DNA of 64,000 nucleotides, taken from assembly GCA_028534125.1 (NCBI GenBank), contig CM052817.1, forward strand, positions 17,424,001 to 17,488,000. The letters are read 5' to 3'. The notes beneath the pieces are model-generated. The model had not been told where the DNA came from. It searched no databases and worked only from the letters and a program-made list of their open reading frames with translations. The position numbers were made by a program, and so were the translations under genes. This stretch comes from Lama glama. Lineage: Eukaryota. Shown piece after piece: positions 12,190 through 22,748 of this stretch (position 1 is its first letter; every line of letters starts with the position of its first letter).

Positions 12190-13120
12190 CAGTGAAGAAT
12201 CACTGAAGTATTGTAATCAGAGCAAGGTGATCGGATTCCCTCTGTCTGTATGTGATGGAGGGGCTGGAAGGGTCAGGGTTGGAGGTAGAAGGCCAGGTAC
12301 AGGAAGGGTGTGCTTCCCATGGCATCCAGGAGAGGTGACTGACCAGAGTGGCAGTGATTATGGGCCTCGGGAGGAGTACTGAATTTGGGAGCCATACTTA
12401 AGAAATAAATCCTCTACAGGGATTTGTGACTGATTCACTCAAGGGTGAGGGATAGAGGGGGATGAGACTGGCACCCAGCTTTCTGGCTCCAGCAGCTGAG
12501 GAGATGGTGGTACTACTCATTAAGAAACACAAGAAGGAATCGATTTGGGGGAATGAGAGGACAAGTTGATTCAATTTTGGATGTATCGAGTTTTAGGTAC
12601 CCGGATGTGCTCTTGGAGCCTTCCCCTGGGTGATGGGATGGGCCAGTCTGGAGCTGAGCCGCAGGGTCTGAGCTGGAGCTAGAGGTGGCGTGTTGTCAGC
12701 ACCAGAGGGGAAGCAGAGTCACTGCGGTGGGCAGGGCTCCCAGGCAGCACTCAGAGGTGGAGGAAGACAGCTGGTCCAGGGCAGGGTGCAGGTGAAGGTC
12801 TGAAGAGCAAGCGGTCAGGGAGGAAGGGCCCCCAGAGGAGACTGACAAGGAGTGGCCGGGGAGAGAGAATTACAGAAGAGGCTGTGGTCACACGTCCCAC
12901 AAAGACAGCTCCTCATGAAAAGTGTGTGGTCAGCAGGGCTAGGCTGCTGGGAGACAGTGAAAAGGATGAGAAGTGAAAATATCCATTGGATTTAGCAAGA
13001 AGAAGGTAAAGCTCATTGGCTGTTTTGTTAAGAATGCTTTCAGTGGCGTGGTAGAGGGCAGAAAGCAGATTGCAAGGGACTGAAGACTTAATAGTTTATT
13101 AGGTCGACTATTTAAAGATA
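12190..13120 (-). mobile_element. L2 LINE fragment
   Basis: Purine-rich antisense L2 hallmarks (TTTTGGATGTATCGAGTTTTAGGT; CCATTGGATTTAGCAAGAAGAAGG; TTTCAGTGGCGTGGTAGAGGGCAGAAAGCAGATTG). Confidence 0.65.
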
Positions 13121-14770
13121 CTGGGCTCTATGGAGAGGAGAATGACAAATTATATTTGCAGCAGATCAAGGGAGCTCAGGGGAGTTTTGTTTTCGTTTTG
13201 GCTGGGAGCAGTGGGAGACCCGAGAGAGTCTCTAGATAGAGAAGGATGCTGGAGAGAGAAGATGACCCACAGAGTGGGAGGTGGCAGGGATCTTGAGATC
13301 AGATGGAAGAGGAAGCCTTGGACCAAAGGCAGGGCACCTTTTCCACCAGCTCAGGAGGAAGCGTGGGTGTGGGTCCAGCTAGATGTAGGTGTGACGTTGG
13401 CAAGTTGTAGGCACTTCCTGGTTGTTTCGGCTTCTGTTGTCTTTGTGACGCAGGAGGTCAGGTAACAATGAGTAAGAGAGAGGCAGGGCCCCCGGCCAGC
13501 CGCTCCCTCCCTGACTCTCTTCCCTGGGCTTTGTGACCGTCCCCTCCGTCAGTACTCCTGGCTTTGCTCTTTCACTCCTGCCTTTCTGCCTCTCCTTAGC
13601 CTCTCTTGTTGGATCTTCCTCTGCTGAGCATCCTTCATACATTTATGTTCCAAGGAGGACTGAGGAGAAGCCCACAGTCCTTGGAAGGGCAGAGCAGACA
13701 CCCAGTCCTTGAGAAGAGGAGCGGGGCTGGCAAGGGAGGAACCCAGGCCGTGTAGGGCCCAAGTGTCCCATCCGCGCAGACCCTTCAGCTGGGCCAGCCT
13801 GACTGATGCTGGCCAGCCTGGGTATGACAATTAGGTTCCCGGGCCCCTGCTGCAATAAGCTTCAAGGCAGTAGAAAAGAGGCAGAAGACTGCTTTCATAA
13901 AAGAATGCCAAGGAGATCTTCCATGATTCACAAGCAGTCAGGCCACTACCACAAGATTGTAGTACTGAATTTCATTTTGACGTGCGGTGTGATCTTCAGC
14001 CCTTTCACTAACTCAGCCAGACTTCACCAAGTCAGGTTTCAGGTGGAATACATAGTCAGTTCGACATGTGAGACCTCAGTACTGAAATGAACACTGGGGA
14101 GGTGGCCTTTGGCATTGGTAGTCGGCGGCCCCAAACCAGAAGCATGGGGACAGTTGTGCCGGGCCTCTGGAGGGAATCCCTGACAGTGCTTTTTAGCTTG
14201 CACCCTGTCGGCGCAGCACGGTTTGTGTGAAGAGCCCACGTCTGGGGAAGGGTACAGGTGCTGTAACTCGAAGCCTGATCTGCCTTTTGTCGTAGCATCG
14301 TAGAACCAGACAGTGATCCTGAATGTGGCCTTTTGAAAATAACATCCATTTCAGGGCAACCTATGAAATGAGGCAGAGTAAGATCATCTTCTGTGATCCT
14401 GTTCATTTTTAACTTTAGTTAGATGTGCAGGAGCATGAAATCCTAGAGTTTTGCCAGAAACCCGGTGCTCATTCAGTCTCCTCGCTTAGGTGACTTGTCC
14501 AAGGTCATTCAGCATATTCATTGCTGGGTAGACACTACACCCTAACTCCCCGGCCTTGTCTGCTGCTTAATGACTTCCTCTTTCACCTGCATTTAGGACA
14601 GGGGAAAGCGCCTGCCAGCAAAGAGAAAGGTTCATTGGAAGAGCCGTGAGACCCCATTTCTCCTACCTCTGTCCTCCCACCCCTAACCGGAACAGGGCTG
14701 CAAGAAATCACTTGATGCAGAAATGATTCTGACCTTGGAAGAGCATTTTCCCGATTACATGGCAGGTGCT

Positions 14771-14868
14771 TAGGTTTGTTTCTTTATTTAAACAGAGGTG
14801 CTGGGAATTGAACCAGGACCTCGAGCATGCTAAGCACACACCATACAACTAAGCTATACCCTTCCCGC
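14771..14868 (-). mobile_element. tRNA-Ala-derived short SINE (camelid vic-1-like) with 14-bp TSD
   Basis: Reverse strand reads GGGTATAGCTTAGTTGTATGG...GCTTAGCATGCTCGAGGTCCTGGTTCAATTCCCAGCACCTC with an A-rich tail. Perfect TSD ACATGGCAGGTGCT at 14757-14770 and 14869-14882. Confidence 0.9.
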
Positions 14869-15264
14869 ACATGGCAGGTGCTGAGAATTTGATTTTTCTT
14901 CCTTTCACAGTAGAGTCAAATACAAGGTCAGTGCACAGACTAAAGTCTTACTCTCTAACTGGCTTTGCAAAGCTGCCTGGATTCCACTGCACACTCTGGT
15001 GAAAAACAAGTGTCCTCAGTATTGGGAGGAATCCATGCTGCCGGTGGCCCTTTGGTCCCCTCAGCCGCTGGCTCACACTCGCCACCAGTGTAGATATCCA
15101 GTCCTGAATCACCCCACAGTCAGACTGCAGCAAAATGGGAGCACTGAAAAAGTATTTTTAATTTTATATTTGCCATTTAAAAAAAGATACTTCGAAGTAA
15201 TCACCATGGAGCAGTCTCAGTGTTATTGGACTGCCTTATACTGGTTTTGCAGTTGTATACTTTT

Positions 15265-15670
15265 GTTATTAAGAAAAGAAAAATCCAAACCTACAGAGAA
15301 GATTTAAGAATAGTACAGTCAATCCCTTTAGGTCCTTCACCTGGATTTACCAGTTGTCAACATTTTGCCACATTCGCTTTCTCTCCCTCTATATATGTTA
15401 CATATCTGTATCTACATACACATAGACACATATATATACATGTGTAATTATATACACATATTTTAATGGTTACTTTTATTTTGCTGAACCATTTGAGAAT
15501 AAGTTGAAGACACTGTGAGCTTTCATCCCTAAACACTTCAGCAGGTACTGCCTGAGAACAAGGACATTCTCTTACATAACCACAATTATCCAATCCAGGA
15601 AATTTAATATTGACACAATGCTATTATGTAATATACAGTCCATATTCAAATGTTGACATTCATCCCATTA
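15265..15670 (-). mobile_element. L1MC-type 3' end fragment
   Basis: TTGCTGAACCATTTGAGAATAAGTTG...GAACAAGGACATTCTCTTACATAACCACAA...AAATTTAATATTGACACAAT. Confidence 0.7.
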
Positions 15671-16107
15671 CTGCAGGTTGCGAGTTGCTTTTATCTTAAC
15701 CGTTCATTGGCAGGAGGAGATGGCGGGGGTGTTCGGAGGTGGCAGTCTCACTGCGTAGGGCCCCGAGACCTGCACCCGCTTCTAGGTTTCTACCTGCTGG
15801 TCCTCCCCTAGAGCGCCCTCGCCTAGTCAGTGATGACCGCTGAGGGGGCTGGCGCTTGGGTATGCTGTATTCATTTGGTGCTGTGACAGTTAAATAAAGG
15901 AGCAAGTCACATAGATTATTTCACAATATGGACATTTAATATAAGGATATGTTTCATTTTCAAAGACTTAAAAATTGTTAGGTGGATTCTTATCCTCCCG
16001 TACAGAACTGAGCCCGTCCGCCTGTATTGCTGAGTTTTTAACTATATACCTGGCCCTTTGAGTAGAGAGAATGATCCTCAATTAAAGCTGCAAATCAGCT
16101 CACTGCC

Positions 16108-16126
16108 TTAGCACCAGGGGGCAGAG
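16108..16126 (+). promoter_or_regulatory. Candidate CTCF site in SMIM20 intron 1
   Basis: TTAGCACCAGGGGGCAGAG matches the core CCACCAGGGGGC(A/G) consensus; locally raised CpG content. Confidence 0.55.
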
Positions 16127-18467
16127 TCGGGCTTGCTGAGATGCCCGAGTGGGGACTTTCCTAACCGGCGTCGCAAAGCTCCAGGCCCAGTGTTGTCTGT
16201 TAGTGTTTTAATCATTTCCCTCCTGATAGAAAACGTGCTCACTACTGAGAAGTCAGTAATTAGCTCATCCTGATCTATCCACATAGTTAAACCCCCTGAC
16301 TTCTGCATTGCCCTTGTCCTGAGGTTGATAGACGTTTGCTGTTTCTCTAATGATAGCAAAATAGAAACCTCCTGTCAACCTCATCAAGATGTACTTGCTA
16401 AATCCTGAGGGACCAGCTTGTTTTCCCCTTAGAATGTTCTGTGTTCACAAATAAAGTGTCTTTGTGCATTATCACGAATTTGTGTAAGACTGCTTTGCCT
16501 TAGAGTATTTATAAGACGTTAATGGATTAAAGAACCGGGGATGTAGATAGGATGCTAATACTGGTTATGCTTGGTAGGAACTGGTTCAGCAAATCGGTTT
16601 AAATTGCCTCTCCAAGCTGAAAAAAGAGGTGGTTGCGTAAGGACAAGGATTATAAAGAGATTATGGTCTATTTAAAATAAATCCTCAGCCTCTCTCCAAC
16701 CTCATTAGCAATTAGCAAGGAAGTGTGAAGACGGATTCTTTTCTCTTCCCTTGGTTCTCCATTGTGTTGTAAGAGGTTAGAGCACAATTAGGCATTCTGT
16801 TGCCACCAGAAGTCAACTTCCTTTGATGCTTGGCAGTCTGCCAGCTTCTTTGGCTTTGCTGGACTGAGCCTATCGGAGAACGTGTTCGGTACACCAGGAT
16901 GTCTGATTGTCTTAAATCTGGACGTCTAGAATGCTTTCTGGCAATCCAACATTTTTAAAAAAACTCATCTCTTCCTTCTTCCATAATACTGGAGAATGGA
17001 CTTTATAGGTGTAAAAAAATGATATCTATTTTTGTCCCTGGCATGATCGATGACAGTGTAGTCTTTTCCTGGTTGGCATTTTCTAAGAGCGTGTTTGAGA
17101 CACATCCATACTTGGAGACTTACTGATGGTGCAGTAGGGCTCAATCCTACAGGAATTTAACTTCTTAGGAAATGAGCTCTGCTTCTGTGTTGAGTTATTT
17201 TAGAAAGTCTGACACCTGAGAGGCCCCGTTATCATCCACTCTGGATGGGAGAAGTCTTTGGCATTTCTTGGTCCACAGGGTCTTGGTTGTTGTTCACCTG
17301 CTGCTTCTCAGAGAGGCCCAGTGAAACTATCGGACTGTTGTCTATAAGGGGCTTCCTCATGCTGTGTCTTCTTGCTTAGGGTTGGATGTCAAGATTCACA
17401 TCATTCCTATTGCCCAGTGTTTTATTTGCCAAAGCAAAATTTGGCATTGATAAAACTATCAGATAGGCCACTTAGGATTGACTTCCTGTCACATCGCGGG
17501 AGAAGCAAGTTCAATGAATATTCCCAGTTTGGCAAATTCCTGTTTCTTGTACCGTTATGCTTGTGTAACTTTATACGAATCCAGACAACAGAATAAAGAA
17601 AACTGACTAATATTAAATAAGAGTTAAATGTGGATTTAAAGAAACACTGTCAGCCTGATTAAAGTTCCGATTAAACACTTAATTACTATAATATAGTAAT
17701 AAACATCCCTTGGCTCTAAGTCCTTCTCCTGAAAAGCCACCATTTGTTTGTCAAGAGACCTAGAATAATAAGTCTTTGTTTTCACAGCCCTTAGGTTTAT
17801 TCGAAACCACTTAGAAAGATGTGTCAGAGTGCTTGAAGCCCACAGACATAAAATGCCCAATTTCTCTTGGCCCTCGCCTGTTGGACATCTCCAAAGAGAT
17901 CGGCTAAGCGGCTGTCACTAAAACGTGCTTACTAATTGGCGCAGCACCTGCAATCAATTAGGGAAGCTTCAATTATCCCAGCCAAAGCCACCCACCCAAA
18001 GATTAATTTTCTGCTCTATTTCCTATCAAAAACAGCATATTTAGCTCTGGGTCTAGGCGTTCAGTGGAGTACATTTTCGACACATAAACTACATCGTTTT
18101 CTTGTTAATTGTACTTGTTTCTTCAATTCAGCAGCCTTGCCCTCCTAATATTCACACCCACCAGTTCTTTCAAAACTGTTCTTTTTCTGTTGTTTTTGTT
18201 GCCTTTCCAAACTGCTGAGATCACCGAGAAAAGATGTTCGTTGGGAGCTTTTCTTCTGAAGTACGGCTTGCTTGCTTTTACTGAAAATGTCCAATCTATT
18301 TGCTTGATGGGATCTAACTTCCATAACCTAAAAGCTTTGCATAGCGGCTCTGAATCTGCCAGCACTCAGCTCCATTGTTTTCTAATTTTCCCGTCTAGAT
18401 AGGATTTCCACTCCCGCTGCCCCCTACACCCCTCTCTAAAGAGTAATTTCTCTGTTTTGTTTCTTAG

Positions 18468-18524
18468 AGAAGGAACAAGCCGTAAATCGAGCCGGTATTG
18501 TTCAAGAAGATGTGCAGCCACCAG
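18468..18524 (+). CDS. SMIM20: SMIM20 coding exon 2 (57 nt): (Q)[18 protein letters not shown](G)
   Basis: Polypyrimidine tract and acceptor TTTCTCTGTTTTGTTTCTTAG ending at 18467; donor CAG|GTAAAC at 18525. Joins exon 1 in frame (C+AG=Gln) and encodes the N-terminal part of phoenixin. Confidence 0.98.
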
Positions 18525-19297
18525 GTAAACTTAAAAATCAAAGCACAGTCCCACGTGGACTATTGTGTTGTCGGGGCGGGAGGTGGGGGATGTTTGCTTT
18601 GTAGCGGGAGAAATCTTTTTCGCTTCGAGGCTCGATTGTGATTGTGCTGTTTACTCCACAGCAGTTGCCGCTTCAGAGGTGCCACCCCAAGACTTCATCT
18701 TACCATTTCACTCCAGAATAGTTTTTGCAAGTTTGCACGTTTCTCTGTTGCATTTGATCAGGGGGCACCAACGTGTAACAAGCGTGCAATTAAATATGAA
18801 GCGCAAATAGCTGTTTTGCAGGCTTATTTACCAAGCACCTATTTAAACACTACCCTCATGGGAAAATACTGTTTATTTGTGAGCTCTTTTAATTGATGCA
18901 GGATTCAGCTTTATACAAAAGCTCAAAAGTTCCCTTTATGGCTGAACAGTTAGTTACTTTAAGACGATCCAAGTTGGCTGAGAATGAGAGGTTTCCAGCT
19001 TATTAGCCAAAACTTATAATCTGTGGCTGTGGTCTTTTTTATTTATTTATTTTTTTAACAAGGCCAAATACATATCTCCCTGTCATGGGGCCATTTCTGA
19101 GCCGTTTAAAAGTCCCTCATGGATGCCTCAGCTTCCTAGCCCTTCCATTCCGGGGCTCTGACAGCTTCCCTGCCCTGCCTCAAACTGCATGGAAATTGCA
19201 CAACTCAGTTCTGATGTCATCTTGTTTGTTTGGGGTCGAGGGAAGTGGTAGGAAGTCTACAAACGAATCCTGTTTTTATTCCTGTTTCTCTCTATAG

Positions 19298-19335
19298 GGT
19301 TAAAAGTGTGGTCGGATCCATTTGGCCGGAAATGA
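19298..19335 (+). CDS. SMIM20: SMIM20 coding exon 3 (38 nt including stop): (G)[11 protein letters not shown]
   Basis: Acceptor TTCCTGTTTCTCTCTATAG ending at 19297; G+GG=Gly keeps the frame; TGA at 19333-19335. Total CDS 109+57+38=204 nt = 67 aa + stop. Ends in the phoenixin core followed by the Gly-Arg-Lys amidation/cleavage signal. Confidence 0.98.
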
Positions 19336-19980
19336 GAAGGCTGTCCCCACCTCTGATTGTGAAAGGAGACAGTCCTCGTGCTTTCAACTGCCCCAAGTTC
19401 AATAAATCGCCTGGCTAGAGAATGATGGCTGGAGAAGAAAAGTCTCTAATGTCGTCAAGAGTGCTGTGCACAAGAATTAATTCCCTTCTTAAATATCAGA
19501 GAACCCTGGAACAAATCACACCATTAGGAAGGCTTTCATGATTCGGTTTCCTTTCTAAAAGTGAAGCTCTGTCACCCAGCTGTGTTTGGAGGCGATCTGC
19601 TTATTATTCCGTCTCTACCTCTTACCCAACCGAGCTGGGATGTGAATGTAAGCAACCAGTAGACTTGGGAAGATCCTAGTCTGTTTGTCTGTTTTGCCAT
19701 CTTCCAAAAGGAAATTTCAGCTAAAAGCCACCATAGCGAGCAGTCTCACAGGGCTCTTCGAAAATGTTAAAGTAGATAAAACTCTTTGAGGACAAGGTAC
19801 ATTATTACTTAAGAATAAACAGTTCAGCTCAACTAGCTCATTGGGAAAGTTGCTGCCCGTTGGAAAATAAATATGAAGCAAATTCAAACTACATGGGTGT
19901 GCATGTGTAGTAGAAATCAGTGCTGAATTAAAGGAAGTACAAATGTGTGTATTAAAATGATTTCTTTTTACTTGACAATG
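19336..19980 (+). other. SMIM20: Probable SMIM20 3' UTR with candidate poly(A) signals
   Basis: AATAAA at 19401-19406, 19814-19819 and 19866-19871; ATTAAA at 19927-19932 and 19951-19956 followed by U/GU-rich sequence. The true cleavage site cannot be determined from DNA. Confidence 0.65.
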
Positions 19981-21152
19981 GTATAAGTGTTTTTTGTAAA
20001 TCCTTTTTTATAAGCTCATTAAGTTGTACCAAGAAGTACTATATGACTAGATACTTGTGTGGTGGTTGTCAAATTGTATACAAGTAGAAATCTTAAAGAG
20101 CAGATTTGTGGAGACAGACATTTATTGAATGTGATTCTCTACCAGGTACCTTCTTGCTCTAGTGCTCTTTCTGCCCGCTTACTAGATGATGTGCTTTTGA
20201 AGAGACACACCCCTCATTTTTCCGTCTCGCGGAGTGCCTCGCTCATTACTGCATGTGTGCTCTTTGAGATGAGCTGCCTGATGACATAATTTCATTATTG
20301 TGAACTGGGAGTTTGCTTAACAGACAACTGGCATAATTATGTTGATTACTGTCAAAAAGAAATGAGATTGATAGTTCCAAAACCAAAGTCATCATATTTT
20401 GGTAGGCATTCCCTAACATTTAGTTGACTTACAATTAGCAACCCCAATAAAAGAAGTTGACTCATTCTGCGTACGTTTGACCACTGTTTTCCTTGGAAGG
20501 GGCACTAGAAGGTCGTGTGACTTAAAGTCAAGCACCCAGTGGGTGCTTAATTGAGATTTCTCTGTCACAGTGGCCAGTGCTGGTCCCATCTGCTTTGGAA
20601 AATATCCAAGCTGAAATGACTGTGTCTGAATGTCGTAGTGAAGAACTTGGCGGCCCTGATGGCTTATTTGTCGCCTGGAACAGATTCAATTTAGTCTCCT
20701 GGGTGGGATCTTTGTCCTGGTCTTGACCTTGCCGTTGGTCTACCTCTTTGCAGAGATAAAGAGGCTTCCTGTCCTGCTCAGCTGCCTTGATGTTTTTGAA
20801 AGGATCACTCCTGATGTTATCAGAGGTGTAATGTCAGACTCTGCTGCCCACACTTGACAAAAGCCAGGTTGTAAGGTTGTAAGAGTGTTGACGGAGGGTC
20901 TTGTAGTGCCTCCAGGCAGCTTCCAGGTGTGCCTCTGGGAGGTCGCTGGAAGCACTGGAAAGAGGGATCTTCATCAAATACAGTTAGGAAACAGAGTTAA
21001 AGTTAATTAGGTTTATTTGCTTCTAATTTGACCATTTCCAAGAGAGACATAACATTTCCCAAATGTATTTATTACAGCAGAGCCTTTTTTTACCGATTAT
21101 CTTCTGGACCTAATGACCACCAACATCCTTTAGGGGAAATCCTCCCCTAGAC

Positions 21153-21608
21153 CAGTGGTTCTCCAACTTTTTAGTCTCAGGACCCCTTTAACACACAAAC
21201 ATTTTTGAGAATTTCAAAGTGTTTCTTCTATGGGTTATACTGTATTAGAAATTAAAATATTTTTTAAAATATATTAACTCATTTAAGAATATCAATAATA
21301 AACCCATATAGGTTAATACGACATTTTTGTGTGAAAATTTTATTTTCCAAGACAAAAAAGTAATTTGCACATTTGTTTAATGTCTGGCTTAACAGAAGAT
21401 GCTAGATTCTCATTTCTACTTCTGCATTTGATCTGTTGCTCCGTCATGTGGCCTTTGGAAAACTACTGTATACACTCATAAGAAGATGAGAATAAAAAGG
21501 CAAAAAAGCTTTAATGGTAGTGTAAAAATACTTATGATCATGCAACCCCCCTGAAAAGGTCCTAGAGACCTGGAAATGTCTCTGGACCACACTTTTGAGT
21601 CTGGTTGT
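21153..21608. mobile_element. Non-autonomous hAT-Charlie DNA transposon
   Basis: Begins CAGTGGTTCTCCAACTTTTTAGTCTCAGGACCCCTTTA and ends GGACCACACTTTTGAG; AT-rich interior. Confidence 0.7.
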
Positions 21609-22264
21609 CTGTTTTTTCTTTTTCTTGGACTTAGACCTGTTGAGGAATGTATATCTGGTTGCACTCGCTCAGAGTTGCTTGTGAACTGTGCTTAGGCATG
21701 TCCATAATGAGGGAGGTTATAAGAGCAGAGGAGAAACTGACAAAATTTCCTATTGTTAAAACTGAAATGAAGTTGTTGGCTCCTTCATTTTCAACGTCAA
21801 ACAATACCCTCTCTAGGAAAACTCTGGCTGACATTTTTTTAATCGCAGCACCAGAAATAGCCACACTGCCAAACAGTTGGTGCATGTCCTGTGAACGTTA
21901 ATTTGTATAACTTGTTTCCCTCTTTGTATTGGCTGATAGGAAGCTCAACCACATTTGTGGTCTAGTTTTTGAAAAAGTACCTAGGACCTTGTGGAATTTA
22001 TCTGAGCCATTACATTCCCTTCATTCTTTTTTTCCCAACTTTATTTTCCTTTCTCCTTTCCCACTTTAGTTTTTGATCTTATATTGTATGTTAGAACCCT
22101 CATTTTTTTTTTGAGCTTGGGCACAAACAGTATTTATTCAATTGAAAAGCCATTTACAATCTAGTAAAGGAAATGATGTAAATCCACAGATAAGATTAAA
22201 ATAATGTGAACTATTAAAAGTACCTTTAAAAGAGGTTCAGAGTGTCTTCTGACACTGAGCACAT

Positions 22265-22748
22265 GCAAGCCCTGTGTCCCTGCAATTCTAGTTATTTATG
22301 CAGCAGAAATCCATCCAAAATTTACCAAAAGACAGTCTAGAATGTTCACAGCAGCTCTGGAAACTTACCAAATGCCCATCAACAATGCAATGACTAAATA
22401 AACTGTGACATACACGATGGAATACAATGCAGCAGTGAGAAGAACAACAATGGAATGAATCTCACAAACAATGTGAATGAACCAAGCGAGTCACAAGAGT
22501 ACTTTTAGATTCCATTCAGATAGAGAATAAAAATGGGATGAGTTAAGCCATAGAGTTAGAAGGTATGATAGTGACTACTCCTAGGAAGAGGGGGCGGGGT
22601 AGTGACTGGGAAGGGGTATAGGAGTCTCCAAGGCACTGGTAACATTCTGTTTTTCTGATCTGAGTGCAGGTTACATGGGTGTATTGAGCTGTACAAATTC
22701 ACATACTTTTCTAAATGTATGTCATACTTCAATACATTTTTAAAAAAG
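22265..22748 (+). mobile_element. L1ME-type 3' end fragment
   Basis: AGAATGTTCACAGCAGC...CCAAATGCCCATCAACA...ATGGAATACAATGCAGCAGTGAGAAGAAC...TACTTCAATA with an A tail. Confidence 0.75.

Noticed and set aside
18752..18770. CTCF-like TTGATCAGGGGGCACC (similar partial matches near 4680, 12700 and 59465)
   Set aside because: Missing key positions of the core motif; too weak to call.
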